A DNA stretch of 64,000 bases from Centroscyllium fabricii (lineage: Eukaryota), in assembly GCA_051313645.2 (NCBI GenBank), contig JBNRSN020000194.1:186001-250000 (forward strand). Direction: 5' to 3'. Positions 51,581 to 64,000 of the stretch are shown here, one piece after another. Position 1 is the stretch's first letter. Each line of letters starts with the position of its first letter. A program made the translations under genes and the position numbers. A model generated the notes under the pieces. The model had not been told where the DNA came from. It saw nothing but the letters and a program-made list of their open reading frames with translations, and did no database searches.

Positions 51581-53430
51581 CCCCTGACTGTGAATACTGG
51601 GAGCACACACACCTTACTGAGAATACTCGGATCACACATACATGACTGAGAATACTGAGAGCACACGCCCCTGACTGAGAATACTGTGAGCACCCACCCC
51701 TGACTGAGAATACACGGAGAACCCGCCCCTGACTTGAATACTCGGAGCTCTCGCCCCTCACTTAGAATACTGAGAGCAACCGCCCCTGACTGAGAATACT
51801 CGGAGCACACGCCCCTGACTGAGAATACTCGGAGATCCCGCCCCTGACTTGAATACTCGGAGCTCCCGCACCTCACTCAGAATACTGAGAGCACCCGCCC
51901 CTGACTGAGATTACTCGGAGCACCCGCACCTGACTGAGAATACTTGGAGCACCCGCCCCTGACTGAAAATTCATGGAGCACCCGCCCCTGACTGAGAATA
52001 CGTGGAGCACACAGCCCTGACTGAGAATACTCGGAGCACTCGCCCCTGACTGAGAATACTGGGAGAACACACCCCTTACTGAGAATACTCGGATCACACA
52101 TCCTTGACTGAGAATAATCGGAGCACCCGCACCTGACTGAGAATACTGAGGGCATCGCCCCTGACTGAGAATACTTGGAGCACACACCCCTGACTGAGAA
52201 TACTCGGAGCACCTGTCCCTGATTTAGAATACTTGGAGCACCCGCCCCTGACTGAGAATACTCAGAGCACCCGCCCCTGACTGAGAATACTCAGAGCACC
52301 CGCCACTGACTGAGAATACTCGGAGCACCCGCCCCTGACTGAGAATAATCGGAGCACCCGCCCTTGACTGAGAATAATCGGAGCATCCGCCCCTGACTGA
52401 TAGTATTCGGAGCACCCGCGCCTGACTGAGAATACCTGGGGCACCCGGCGTGACTGAGAATACTCGGAGCACCCACTCCTGACTGAGAATACTCGGAGCT
52501 CCCGCCCCTGACTGTGAATACTGGGAGCACACACACCTTACTGAGAATACTCGGATCACACATACATGACTGAGAATACTGAGAGCACACGCCCCTGACT
52601 GAGAATACTGTGAGCACCCACCCCTGACTGAGAATACACGGAGAACCCGCCCCTGACTTGAATACTCGGAGCTCTCGCCCCTCACTTAGAATACTGAGAG
52701 CAACCGCCCCTGACTGAGAATACTCGGAGCACACGCCCCTGACTGAGAATACTCGGAGATCCCGCCCCTGACTTGAATACTCGGAGCTCCCGCACCTCAC
52801 TCAGAATACTGAGAGCACCCGCCCCTGACTGAGATTACTCGGAGCACCCGCACCTGACTGAGAATACTTGGAGCACCCGCCCCTGACTGAAAATTCATGG
52901 AGCACCCGCCCCTGACTGAGAATACGTGGAGCACACAGCCCTGACTGAGAATACTCGGAGCACTCGCCCCTGACTGAGAATACTGGGAGAACACACCCCT
53001 TACTGAGAATACTCGGATCACACATCCTTGACTGAGAATAATCGGAGCACCCGCACCTGACTGAGAATACTGAGGGCATCGCCCCTGACTGAGAATACTT
53101 GGAGCACACACCCCTGACTGAGAATACTCGGAGCACCTGTCCCTGACTTAGAATACTCGGAGCACCCGCCCCTGACTGAGAATACTCAGAGCACCCGCCC
53201 CTGACTGAGAATACTCAGAGCACCCGCCACTGACTGAGAATACTCGGAGCACCCGCCCCTGACTGAGAATAATCGGAGCACCCGCCCTTGACTGAGAATA
53301 ATCGGAGCATCCGCCCCTGACTGATAGTATTCGGAGCACCCGCGCCTGACTGAGAATACCTGGGGCACCCGGCGTGACTGAGAATACTCGGAGCACCCAC
53401 TCCTGACTGAGAATACTCGGAGCTCCCGCC
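51581..53430. repeat. Tandem 924-bp duplication within the satellite
   Basis: Near-identical strings at +924 (51873/52797, 51877/52801, 52224/53148). Confidence 0.88.
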
Positions 53431-53859
53431 CCTGACTGAGTATACTCGGAGCACCTGCCCCTGACTGAGAATACTCGGAGCACACACCCCTGAATGAGAA
53501 TACTTGGAGATCCCGCACCTGATTGAGAATACTCCGAGCACTCTCCCCTGACTGAGAATACTGAAAGCACCCGCCCCTGACTGAGAATACTCGAAGTACC
53601 CACCACTGACTGAGAATACTCAGAGCACTCGCCCCTGACTGAAAAGATTCGGAGTACCCGCACCTGACTGAGAATACTCGGAGTCCCTGCCCCTGACTGA
53701 GAATACTCGGATCACCCGCCCCTGACTGAGAATACTCAGAGGACCCGCACCTGACTGAGAATACTCAGAGCACTCGCCCCTGACTGAGAATACTGAGAGC
53801 ACCCGCCCCTGACTGAGAATATTCAGAGCACTCGCCTCTGATGGAGAATATCGGAGCAC

Positions 53860-56800
53860 TCGCCCCTGACTGAGGATACTCGGAGTACCCGCCCCGACTC
53901 AGAATACTGAGAGCACCCGCCCCTGACTCAGTATACTGAGAGCACCTGCCCCTGACTGAGAATACTCAGAGCACTCGCCCCTGACTGAGAATACTCGGAG
54001 CACCCACCGCTGACTGAGAATACTCGGAGCACCCACCCCTGAATGAGAATATTCATAGCACCCGCCCCTGATTGAGAATAGTCAGAGCACTCGCCCCGAC
54101 TGAGAATACTCGGAGCACCCACACATGTCTGAGAATACTCGGAGCACACGCCACTGACTGAGAATTCTCGGAGCACCCGCCCCTGACTGAGAATACTTGG
54201 AGCACACACCCCTGACTGAGAATAATCAGAGCACTCGCCCCTGACTGAGAATACTGGGAGCACACACCCCTTACTGAGAATACTCGGATCACACATCCAT
54301 GACTGAGAATAATCGGAGCACCCGCCCCTGACTGAGAATACTGAAAGCATCGCCCCTGACTGAGAATACTTGGAGCACCTGCCCCTGACTTAGAATACTC
54401 GGAGCACCCGCCCCTGACTGAGAATACTCAGAGCACCCGCCCCTGACTGAGAATACTCAGAGCACCCGCTCCTGACTGAGTATACTGAGAGCACCCGCCC
54501 CTGACTGAGAATATTCGGAAAACCCGCCCCTGACTCAGAATATTCGGAGCACCCACCCCGACTTAGAATAATCGGAGCACCCGCCCCTGACTGAGAATAC
54601 TCGGAGTATCCGCCCCTGACTGATACTACTCGGAGCACCCACCCCTGACTAAGAATATTCGGAGCACCTGCCCCTGACTTAGAACACTCGGAGCACCCAC
54701 CCCTGTCTGAGAATACTCAGAGCACCCGCCCCTGACTGAGGATACTCAGAGCACCTGCCCCTGACTGAGTATACTGAGAGTACCCGCCCCTGACTGAGAA
54801 TACTCGGAGCACCCGCCACTGACTTAGAATAATCGGAGAACCCGCCCCTGACTGAGAATACTCGGAGCACACGCCCCTGACTGAGAATACTCGGAGCTCC
54901 CACCCCTGACTGAGTATACTCGGAGCACCCGCCCCTGACTGAGAATACTCGGAGCTCCCGCCCCTGACTGAGTATACTCAGACCACTTGCCCCTGACTGA
55001 GAATACTGAGAGCACGCACCCCTGACTGAGAATAATGAGAGCACCCGCCGCTGACTGAGAATAATGAGAGCACCCGCCCCGACTGAGAATACTCAGAGCA
55101 CCCGCCCCTGACTGAGAATAATGAGAGCACCCGCCACTGACTAAGAATAATGAGAGCACCCGCCCCTGACTGAGAATACTCGAAGCAAACGCCCCTTACT
55201 GAGAATAGTGAGAGCACCCGCCCCTGACTGAGAAAACTCGGAGTACCCGCACCTGACTGAGAATACTCGAAGTACCCACCACTGACTGAGAATATTCAGA
55301 GCACTCGCCCCTGACTGAAAATACTCGGAGTACCCGCACCTGACTGAGAATACTCGGAGTCCCTGCCCTGACTGAGAATAATCGGAGCACCCGCCCCTGA
55401 CTGAGAATACTTGGAGCACCCGCACCTGACTGAGAATACTCAGAGCACTCGCCCCTGACTGAGAATACTGAGAGCACCCACCCCTGACTGAGAATACTCA
55501 GAGCACTCGCCTCTGACTGAGAATACTCAGAGCACTCGCCCCTGACTGAGGATACTCGGAGTACCCGCCCCGATTAAGAATACTGAGAGCACCCGCCACT
55601 GACTCAGTATACTGAGAGCACCCGCCCCTGACTGAGAATACTCAGAGCACTCGCCCCTGACTGAGAATACTCGAAGCACCCACCGCTGACTGAGAATACT
55701 CGGAGCACCCACCCCTGAATGAGAATACTCATAGCACCCGACCCTGATTGAGAATAGTCTGAGCACTCGCCCTGACTGAGAATACTCGGAGCACCCACCC
55801 ATGACTGAGAATACTCGGAGCACCCGCCACTGACTGAGAATTTTCGGAGCACCCGCCCCTGACTGAGAATACTTGGAGCACACACCCCTAACTGAGAATA
55901 CTCGGAGCACTCGCCCCTGACTGAGAATACTGGGAGCACACACCCCTTACTGAGAATACTCGGATCACACATCCATGACTGAGAATAATCGGAGCACCCG
56001 CCCCTGACTGAGAATACTGAGCGCATCGCCCTGACTGAGAATAAATGGAGCACCTGCCCCTGAATTAGAATACTCGGAGCACCCGCCCCTGACTGAGAAT
56101 ACTCAGAGCACCCGCTCCTGACTGAGTATACTGAGAGCACCCGCCACTGACTGAGAATACTCGGAACACCCGCCCCTGACTCAGAATCTTCGGAGCACGC
56201 ACCCCGACATAGAATAATCGGAGCACCCGCCCCTGACTGAGAATACTCGGAGTATCCGCCCCTGACTGATACTACTCGGAGCACCCACCCCTGACTGAGA
56301 ATACTCGGAGCACCTGCCCCTGACTTAGAACACTCGGAGCACCCGCCCCTGTCTGAGAATACTCAGAGCACCCGCCCCTGACTGAGGATACACAGAGCAC
56401 CTGCCCCTGACTGAGTATACTGAGAGCACCCGCCCCTGACTGAGAATACTCGGAGCACCCGCCACTGACTGAGAATACTCAGAGCACCCACCCCTGACTT
56501 AGAATAATCGGAGCACCCGCCCCTGACTGAGAATTCTCAGAGCTCCCGCCCCTGACTGAGGATACTCAGAGCACCCAATCCTGACTGAGAATACTGAGAG
56601 CACCCGCATCTGACTGAGAATACGGACAGCACCCGCACATGACTGAGAATACTGAGAGCACCCGCCCCTGACTGAGAATACTGAGAGCACCCGCCCCTGA
56701 CTGAGAAGACTGTGAGCACCGGCCCATGACTGAGAATACTCGGAGCACCCGCTCCTGACTTGAATACTCGGAGCTCCCGCCCCTCACACAGAATACTGAG

Positions 56801-59800
56801 AGCAACCGCACCTGACTGAGAATACTCGGAGCACCCGCCCCTGACTGAGAATACTGAGAGCACTTGCCCCTGACAAAGAATACTGAGAGCACCCGCCCCT
56901 GACTGAAAATACTCGGAGTACCCGCACCTGACTGAGAATACTCGGAGTACCTGCCCCTGACTGAGAATACTCGGAGCACACGCCTCTGACTGAGAATACT
57001 TGGAGAACCCGCACCTGACTGAGAATATTTAGAGCACTCGCCCCTGACTGAGAATACTCAGAGCACACGCCCCTAACTGAGAAAACACAGAGCACTCGCC
57101 TCTGACTGAGAATACTCGGAGCACTCGACCCTGACTGAGAATACTCAAAGCACACGCCCCTGACTGAGAATATCAGAGCACCCACCCCTGACTGTGAATA
57201 TTCAGAGCACCCACCCCTGACTTAGAATAATCGGAGCACCCGCCCCTGACTGATAATACTCGGAGCACCCGCGCCTGACTGAGAATACCTAGGGCACCCT
57301 GCGTGACAGAGAATACTCGGAGCTCCCACCCCTGACTGAGTATACTCGGAGAACCCGCCCCTGACTGAGAATACTCGGAGCTCCCGCCCCTGACTGAGTA
57401 TACTCGGAGCACCCGCCCCTGACTGAGAATACTGAGAGCACCCGCACCTGACTGAGAATACTGAGAGCACCCGCCCCTGACTGAGAATACTGAGAGCACC
57501 CACACCTGACTGAGAATACTGAGAGCACCCGCCCCTGACTGAGAATACTGTGAGCACCCGCCCCTGACTGAGAATACTCGGAGCACCCGCCCCTGACTTG
57601 AATACTCTGAGCTCCCGCCCCTGACTCAGAATACTGAAAGCACCCGCCCCTGACTGAGAATACTCGGAACACCCGCCCCTGACTGAGAATAATGAGAGCA
57701 CCCGCCCCTGACTAAGAATAATGAGAGCACCCGCCCCTGACTGAGAATACACAGAGCACTCGCCCCTTACTGAGAATAGTGAGAGCACCCGCCCCTGACT
57801 GAGAATACTCGGAGTACCCGGCCCTGACTGAGAATAGGCGGAGTACCCACCACTGACTGAGAATACTCAGAACACTCGCCCCTGACTGAATATACTCAGA
57901 GTACCCGCACCTGACTGAGAATACTCGGTGTACCTGCCCCTGACTGAGAATACTCGGAGCACCCGCCCCTGACTGAGAATACTTGGAGCACCCGCACCTG
58001 ACTGAGAATACTCAGAGCACTCGCCCCTGACTGAGAATACTGAGAGCACCCGCGCCTGACTGAGAATATACAGAGCACTTGCCCCTGACTGAGAATATTC
58101 GGAGCACCCACCGCTGACTGAGAATACTCGGAGCACTCGCCCCAGACTGAGGATACTCGGAGTACCCGCCCCTGACTCAGAATACTGAGAGCACCCGCCC
58201 CTGACTCAAAATACTGTGTGCACCCGCCCCTGACTGAGAATACTCAGAGCACTCGCCCCTGACTGAGAATACTCGGAGCACCCACCGCTGACTGAGAATA
58301 CTCGGAGCACCCACCCCTGAATGAGAATACTCATAGCACCCGCCCCTGATTGAGAATAGTCAGAGCACTCGCCCCGACTGAGAATACTCGGAGCACCCAC
58401 ACATGTCTGAGAATACTCGGAGCACCCGCCACTGACTGAGAATTCTCAGAGCACCCGCCCCTGACTGAGAATACTTGGAGCACACACCCCTGACTGAGAA
58501 TAATCAGAGCACTTGCCCCTGACTGAGAATACTGGGAGCACACACCCCTTACTGAGAATACTCGGATCACACATCCATGACTGAGAATAATCGGAGAACC
58601 CGCCCCTGACTGAGAATACTGAAAGCATCGCCCCTGACTGAGAATACTTGGAGCACCTGCCCCTGACTTAGAATACTCGGAGCACCCGCCCCTGACTGAG
58701 AATACTCAGAGCACCCGCCCCTGACTGAGAATACTCAGAGCACCCGCTCCTGACTGAGTATACTGAGAGCACCCGCCACTGACTGAGAATACTCGGAAAA
58801 CCCGCCCCTGACTCAGAATATTCGGAGCACCCACCCCGACTTAGAATAATCGGAGCACCCGCCCCTGACTGAGAATACTCGGAGTATCCGCCCCTGACTG
58901 ATACTACTCGGAGCACCCACCCCTGACTAAGAATACTCGGAGCACCAGCCCCTGACTTAGAACACTCGGAGCACCCACCCCTGTCTGAGAATACTCAGAG
59001 CACCCGCCCCTGACTGAGGATACTCAGAGCACCTGCCCCTGACTGAGTATACTGAGAGTACCCGCCCCTGACTGAGAATACTCGGAGCACCCGCCACTGA
59101 CTTAGAATAATCGGAGACCCCGCCCCTGACTGAGAATACTCGGAGCACAAGCCCCTGACTGAGAATACTCGGAGCTCCCACCCCTGACTGAGTATACTCG
59201 GAGCACCCGCCCCTGACTGAGAATACTCGGAGCTCCCGCCCCTGACTGAGTATACTCAGACCACTTGCCCCTGACTGAGAATACTGAGAGCACGCACCCC
59301 TGACTGAGAATAATGAGAGCACCCGCCGCTGACTGAGAATAATGAGAGCACCCGCCCCGACTGAGAATACTCAGAGCACCCGCCCCTGACTGAGAATAAT
59401 GAGAGCACCCGCCACTGACTAAGAATAATGAGAGCACCCGCCCCTGACTGAGAATACTCGAAGCAAACGCCCCTTACTGAGAATAGTGAGAGCACCTGCC
59501 CCTGACTGAGAAAACTCGGAGTACCCGCACCTGACTGAGAATACTCGAAGTACCCACCACTGACTGAGAATACTCAGAGCACTCGCCCCTGACTGAAAAT
59601 ACTCGGAGTACCCACACCTGACTGAGAATACTCGGAGTCCCTGCCCTGACTGAGAATAATCGGAGCACCCGCCACTGACTGAGAATACTTGGAGCACCCG
59701 CACCTGACTGAGAATACACAGAGCACTCGCCCCTGACTGAGAATACTGAGAGCACCCACCCCTGACTGAGAATACTCAGAGCACTCGCCTCTGACTGAGA

Positions 59801-62430
59801 ATACTCGGAGCACTCGCCCCTGACTGAGGATACTCGGAGTACCCGCCCCGACTAAGAATACTGAGAGCACCCGCCACTGACTCAGTATACTGAGAGCACC
59901 CGCCCCTGACTGAGAATACTCAGAGCACTCGCCCCTGACTGAGAATACTCGAAGCACCCACCGCTGACTGAGAATACTCGGAGCACCCACCCCTGAATGA
60001 GAATACTCATAGCACCCGACCCTGATTGAGAATAGTCTGAGCACTCGCCCTGACTGAGAATACTCGGAGCACCCACACATGACTGAGAATACTCGGAGCA
60101 CCCGCCACTGACTGAGAATTTTCGGAGCACCCGCCCCTGACTGAGAATACTTGGAGCACACACCCCTAACTGAGAATACTCGGAGCACTCGCCCCTGACT
60201 GAGAATACTGGGAGCACACACCCCTTACTGAGAATACTCGGATCACACATCCATGACTGAGAATAATCGGAGCACCCGCCCCTGACTGACAATACTGAGC
60301 GCATCGCCCTGACTGAGAATAAATGGAGCACCTGCCCCTGACTTAGAATACTCGGAGCACCCGCCCCTGACTGAGAATACTCAGAGCACCTGCCCCTGAC
60401 TGAGAATACTCAGAGCACCCGCTCCTGACTGAGTATACTGAGAGCACCCGCCACTGACTGAGAATACTCGGAACACCCGCCCCTGACTCAGAATCTTCGG
60501 AGCACGCACCCCGACATAGAATAATTGGAGCACCCGCCCCTGACTGAGAATACTCGGAGTATCCGCCCCTGACTGATACTACTTGGAGCACCCACCCCTG
60601 ACTGAGAATACTCGGAGCACCTGCCCCTGACTTAGAACACTCGGAGCACCCGCCCCTGTCTGAGAATACTCAGAGCACCCGCCCCTGACTGAGGATACAC
60701 AGAGCACCTGCCCCTGACTGAGTATACTGAGAGCACCCGCCCCTGACTGAGAATACTCAGAGCACCCGCCACTGACTGAGAAAACTCGGAGCACCCACCC
60801 CTGACTTAGAATAATCGGAGCACCCGCCCCTGACTGAGAATTCTCGGAGCTCCCGCCCCTGACTGAGGATACTCAGAGCACCCAATCCTGACTGAGAATA
60901 CTGAGAGCACCCGCATCTGACTGAGAATACGGACAGCACCCGCACCTGACTGAGAATACTGAGAGCACCCGCCCCTGACTGAGAATACTGAGAGCACCCG
61001 CCCCTGACTGAGAAGACTGTGAGCACCGGCCCATGACTGAGAATACTCGGAGCACCCGCTCCTGACTTGAAAACTCAGAGCTCCCGCCCCTCACACAGAA
61101 TACTGAGAGCAACCGCACCTGACTGAGAATACTCGGAGCACCCGCCCCTGACTGAGAATACTGAGAGCACCCGCCCCTGACAAAGAATACTGAGAGCACC
61201 CGCCCCTGACTGAAAATACTCGGAGTACCCGCACCTGACTGAGAATACTCGGAGTACCTGCCCCTGACTGAGAATACTCGGAGCACACGTCCCTGACTGA
61301 GAATACTTGGAGCACCCGCACCTGACTGAGAATACTTAGAGCACTCGCCCCTGACTGAGAATACTCAGAGCACACGCCCCTGACTGAGAAAACTCAGAGC
61401 ACTCGCATCTGACTGAGAATACTCGGAGCACTCGACCCTGACTGAGAATACTCAAAGCACACGCCCCTGACTGAGAATATCGGAGCACCCACCCCTGACT
61501 GTGAATATTCAGAGCACCCACCCCTGACTTAGAATAATCGGAGCACCCGCCCCTGACTGATAATACTCGGAGCACCCGCGCCTGACTGAGAATACCTAGG
61601 GCACCCTGCGTGACAGAGAATACTCGGAGCTCCCACCCCTGACTGAGTATACTCGGAGATCCCGCCCCTGACTGAGAATACTCGGAGCTCCCGCCCCTGA
61701 CTGAGTATACTCGGAGCACCCGCCCCTGACTGAGAATACTGAGAGCACCCGCACCTGACTGAGAATACTGAGAGCACCCGCCCCTGACTGAGAATACTGA
61801 GAGCATCCACACCTGACTGAGAATAATGAGAGCACCCGCCCCTGACTGAGAATACTGTGAGCACCCGCCCCTGACTGAGAATACACGGAGCACCCGCCCC
61901 TGACTTGAATACTCGGAGCTCCCGCCCCTGACTCAGAATACTGAAAGCACCCGCCCCTGACTGAGAATACTCGGAACACCCGCCCCTGACTGAGAATAAT
62001 GAGAGCACCCGCCCCTGACTAAGAATAATGAGAGCACCCGCCCCTGACTGAGAATACACAGAGCACTCGCCCCTTACTGAGAATAGTGAGAGCACCCGCC
62101 CCTGACTGAGAATACACGGAGTACCCGGCCCTGACTGAGAATAGGCGGAGTACCCACCACTGACTGAGAATACTCAGAGCACTCGCCCCTGACTGAATAT
62201 ACTCAGAGTACCCGCACCTGACTGAGAATACTCGGTGTACCTGCCCCTGACTGAGAATACTCGGAGCACCCGCCCCTGACTGAGAATACTTGGAGCACCC
62301 GCACCTGACTGAGAATACTCAGAGCACTCGCCCCTGACTGAGAATACTGAGAGCACCCGCGCCTGACTGAGAATACTCAGAGCACTTGCCCCTGACTGAG
62401 AATACTCGGAGCACCCACCGCTGACTGAAA
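53860..62430. repeat. Tandem ~4.3-kb higher-order duplication (offset 4278, then 4307 after gain of one monomer)
   Basis: Pairs at +4278 (54390/58668, 54679/58957, 55141/59419) and +4307 (56499/60806, 57222/61529). 4307-4278 = 29. Boundaries are approximate. Confidence 0.85.
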
Positions 62431-64000
62431 ATACTCGGAGTACCCGCACCTGACTGAGAATACTCGGTGTACCTGCCACTGACTGAGAATACTCGGAGCA
62501 CTCGCCACTGACTGAGAATACTGAGAGCACCCGCGCCTGACTGAGATTACTCAGAGCACTCGCCTCTGACTGAGAATACTCGGAGCACTCGCCACTGACT
62601 GAGGATACTCGGAGTACCCGCCCCTGACTCAGAATATTGAGAGCACCCGCCCCTGACTCAAAATACTGTGTGCACCCGCCCCTGACTGAGAATACTCAAA
62701 GCAATCGCTCCTGACTGAGAATACTCGGAGCACCCACAGCTGACTGAGAATACTCGGAGCACCCACCCCTGAATGAGCATACTCATAGCACCCGCCCCTG
62801 ATTGAGAATATTCAGAGCACTCGCCCCAAATGAGAATACTCGGAGCACCCACCCCTGACTGAGAATACTCGGAGCACCCGCCACTAACTGAGAAAACTCG
62901 GAGCACCCGCCCCTGACTGAGAATTCACGGAGCACCCGCCCCTGACTGAGAATACGTGGAGCACACAGCCCTGACTGAGAATACTCGGAGCACTCACCCC
63001 TGACAGTGAATACTGGGAGCACACACCCCTTACTGAGAATACTCGGATCACACATCCATGACTGAGAATACTGAGAGCACACGCCCCTGACTGAGAATAC
63101 TGTGAGCACCCACCCCTGACTGAGAATACACGGAGAACCCGCCCCTGACTTGAATACTCGGAGCTCTCGCCCCTCACTCAGAATACTGAGAGCAACCGCC
63201 CCTGACTTAGAATATTCGGAGCACACGCCCCTGACTGAGAATTCTCGGAGCACCCGCCCCTGACTTGAATACTCGGAGCTCCCGCACCTCACTCAGAATA
63301 CTGAGAGCACTCGCCCCTGACTGAGATTACTCGGAGCACCCGCCCCTGACTGAGAATACTTGGAGCACCCGCCCCTGACTGAGAATTCACGGAGCACCCG
63401 CCCCTGACTGAGAATACGTGGAGCACACAGCCCTGACTGAGAATACTCGGAGCACTCGGCCCTGACTGAGAATACTGGGAGAACACACCCCTTACTGAGA
63501 ATACTCGGATCACACATCCTTGACTGAGAATAATCGGAGCACCCGCACCTGACTGAGAATACTGAGGGCATCGCCCCGACTTAGAATACTTGGAGCACCC
63601 ACCCCTGACTGAGAATACTCGGAGCACCTGTCCCTGACTTAGAATACTCGGAGCACCCGCCCCTGACTGAGAATACTCAGAGCACACGCCCCTGACTGAG
63701 AATACTCAGAGCACCCGCCCCTGACTGAGAATACTCGGAGCACCCGCCCCTGACTGAGAATAATCGGAGCACCCGCCCTTGACTGAGAATAATCGGAGCA
63801 TCCGCCCCTGACTGATAGTACTCGGAGCACCCGCGCCTGACTGAGAATACCTGGGGCACCCGGCGTGACTGAGAATATTCGGAGCACCCACCCCTGACTG
63901 AGAATACTCGGAGCTCCCGCCCCTGACTGAGTATACTCGGAGCACCCGCCCCTGACTGAGAATACTCGGAGCACACACCCCTGACTGAGAATACTTGGAG

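Larger units (their letters stand above)
48879..64000. repeat. 29-bp tandem satellite array, right arm (same family and orientation, about 520 monomers)
   Basis: Array resumes in phase right after element A (CTCGGAGCACTCGCCCC...) and runs to the window end. Confidence 0.99.

Noticed and set aside
247-63978. Hundreds of minus-strand ORFs (up to 400 aa) of repeating SEYSQSGAGAPSILSQGRVLRVFSVRGG type
   Set aside because: The monomer's minus strand has no stop codon in any frame and 29 is not a multiple of 3, so all frames give the same 29-aa cycle. Stops and frameshifts fall at random. No sign of a gene.

Overview
Eukaryotic, probably vertebrate (tentatively shark) heterochromatin-like DNA with no host gene. 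About 49.5 kb (1-34439 and 48879-64000) is a tandem array of a 29-bp monomer (consensus CTGACTGAGAATACTCGGAGCACCCGCCC) with kb-scale higher-order duplications. The hundreds of minus-strand 'ORFs' there are artefacts of a strand with no stop codons. The array is interrupted by a 14.4-kb nest of three decayed Ty3/Gypsy LTR retrotransposons. Element A (34440-48878, minus, 300-bp LTRs, TSD CTCGG) inserted into a satellite monomer. Element B (37599-47312, plus, 275-bp LTRs, related lineage) inserted into A's protease region. Element C (37632-42508, plus, CsRn1-like, tRNA-Trp PBS, TSD ACTG) inserted into B's 5' LTR. A 51-bp retroposed fragment with an 11-bp TSD sits in A's RT. Hand-counted LTR-pair divergence (about 7%, 4.7%, 2.3%) matches the nesting order. 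Top signal: A and B have no tRNA primer-binding site. The 13 nt next to the 5' LTR are instead the reverse complement of the LTR segment holding the poly(A) signal, with compensatory base changes between the two families. This points to a tRNA-independent self-priming and/or poly(A)-masking RNA fold, in a lineage that also has a non-canonical YLDN RT motif.
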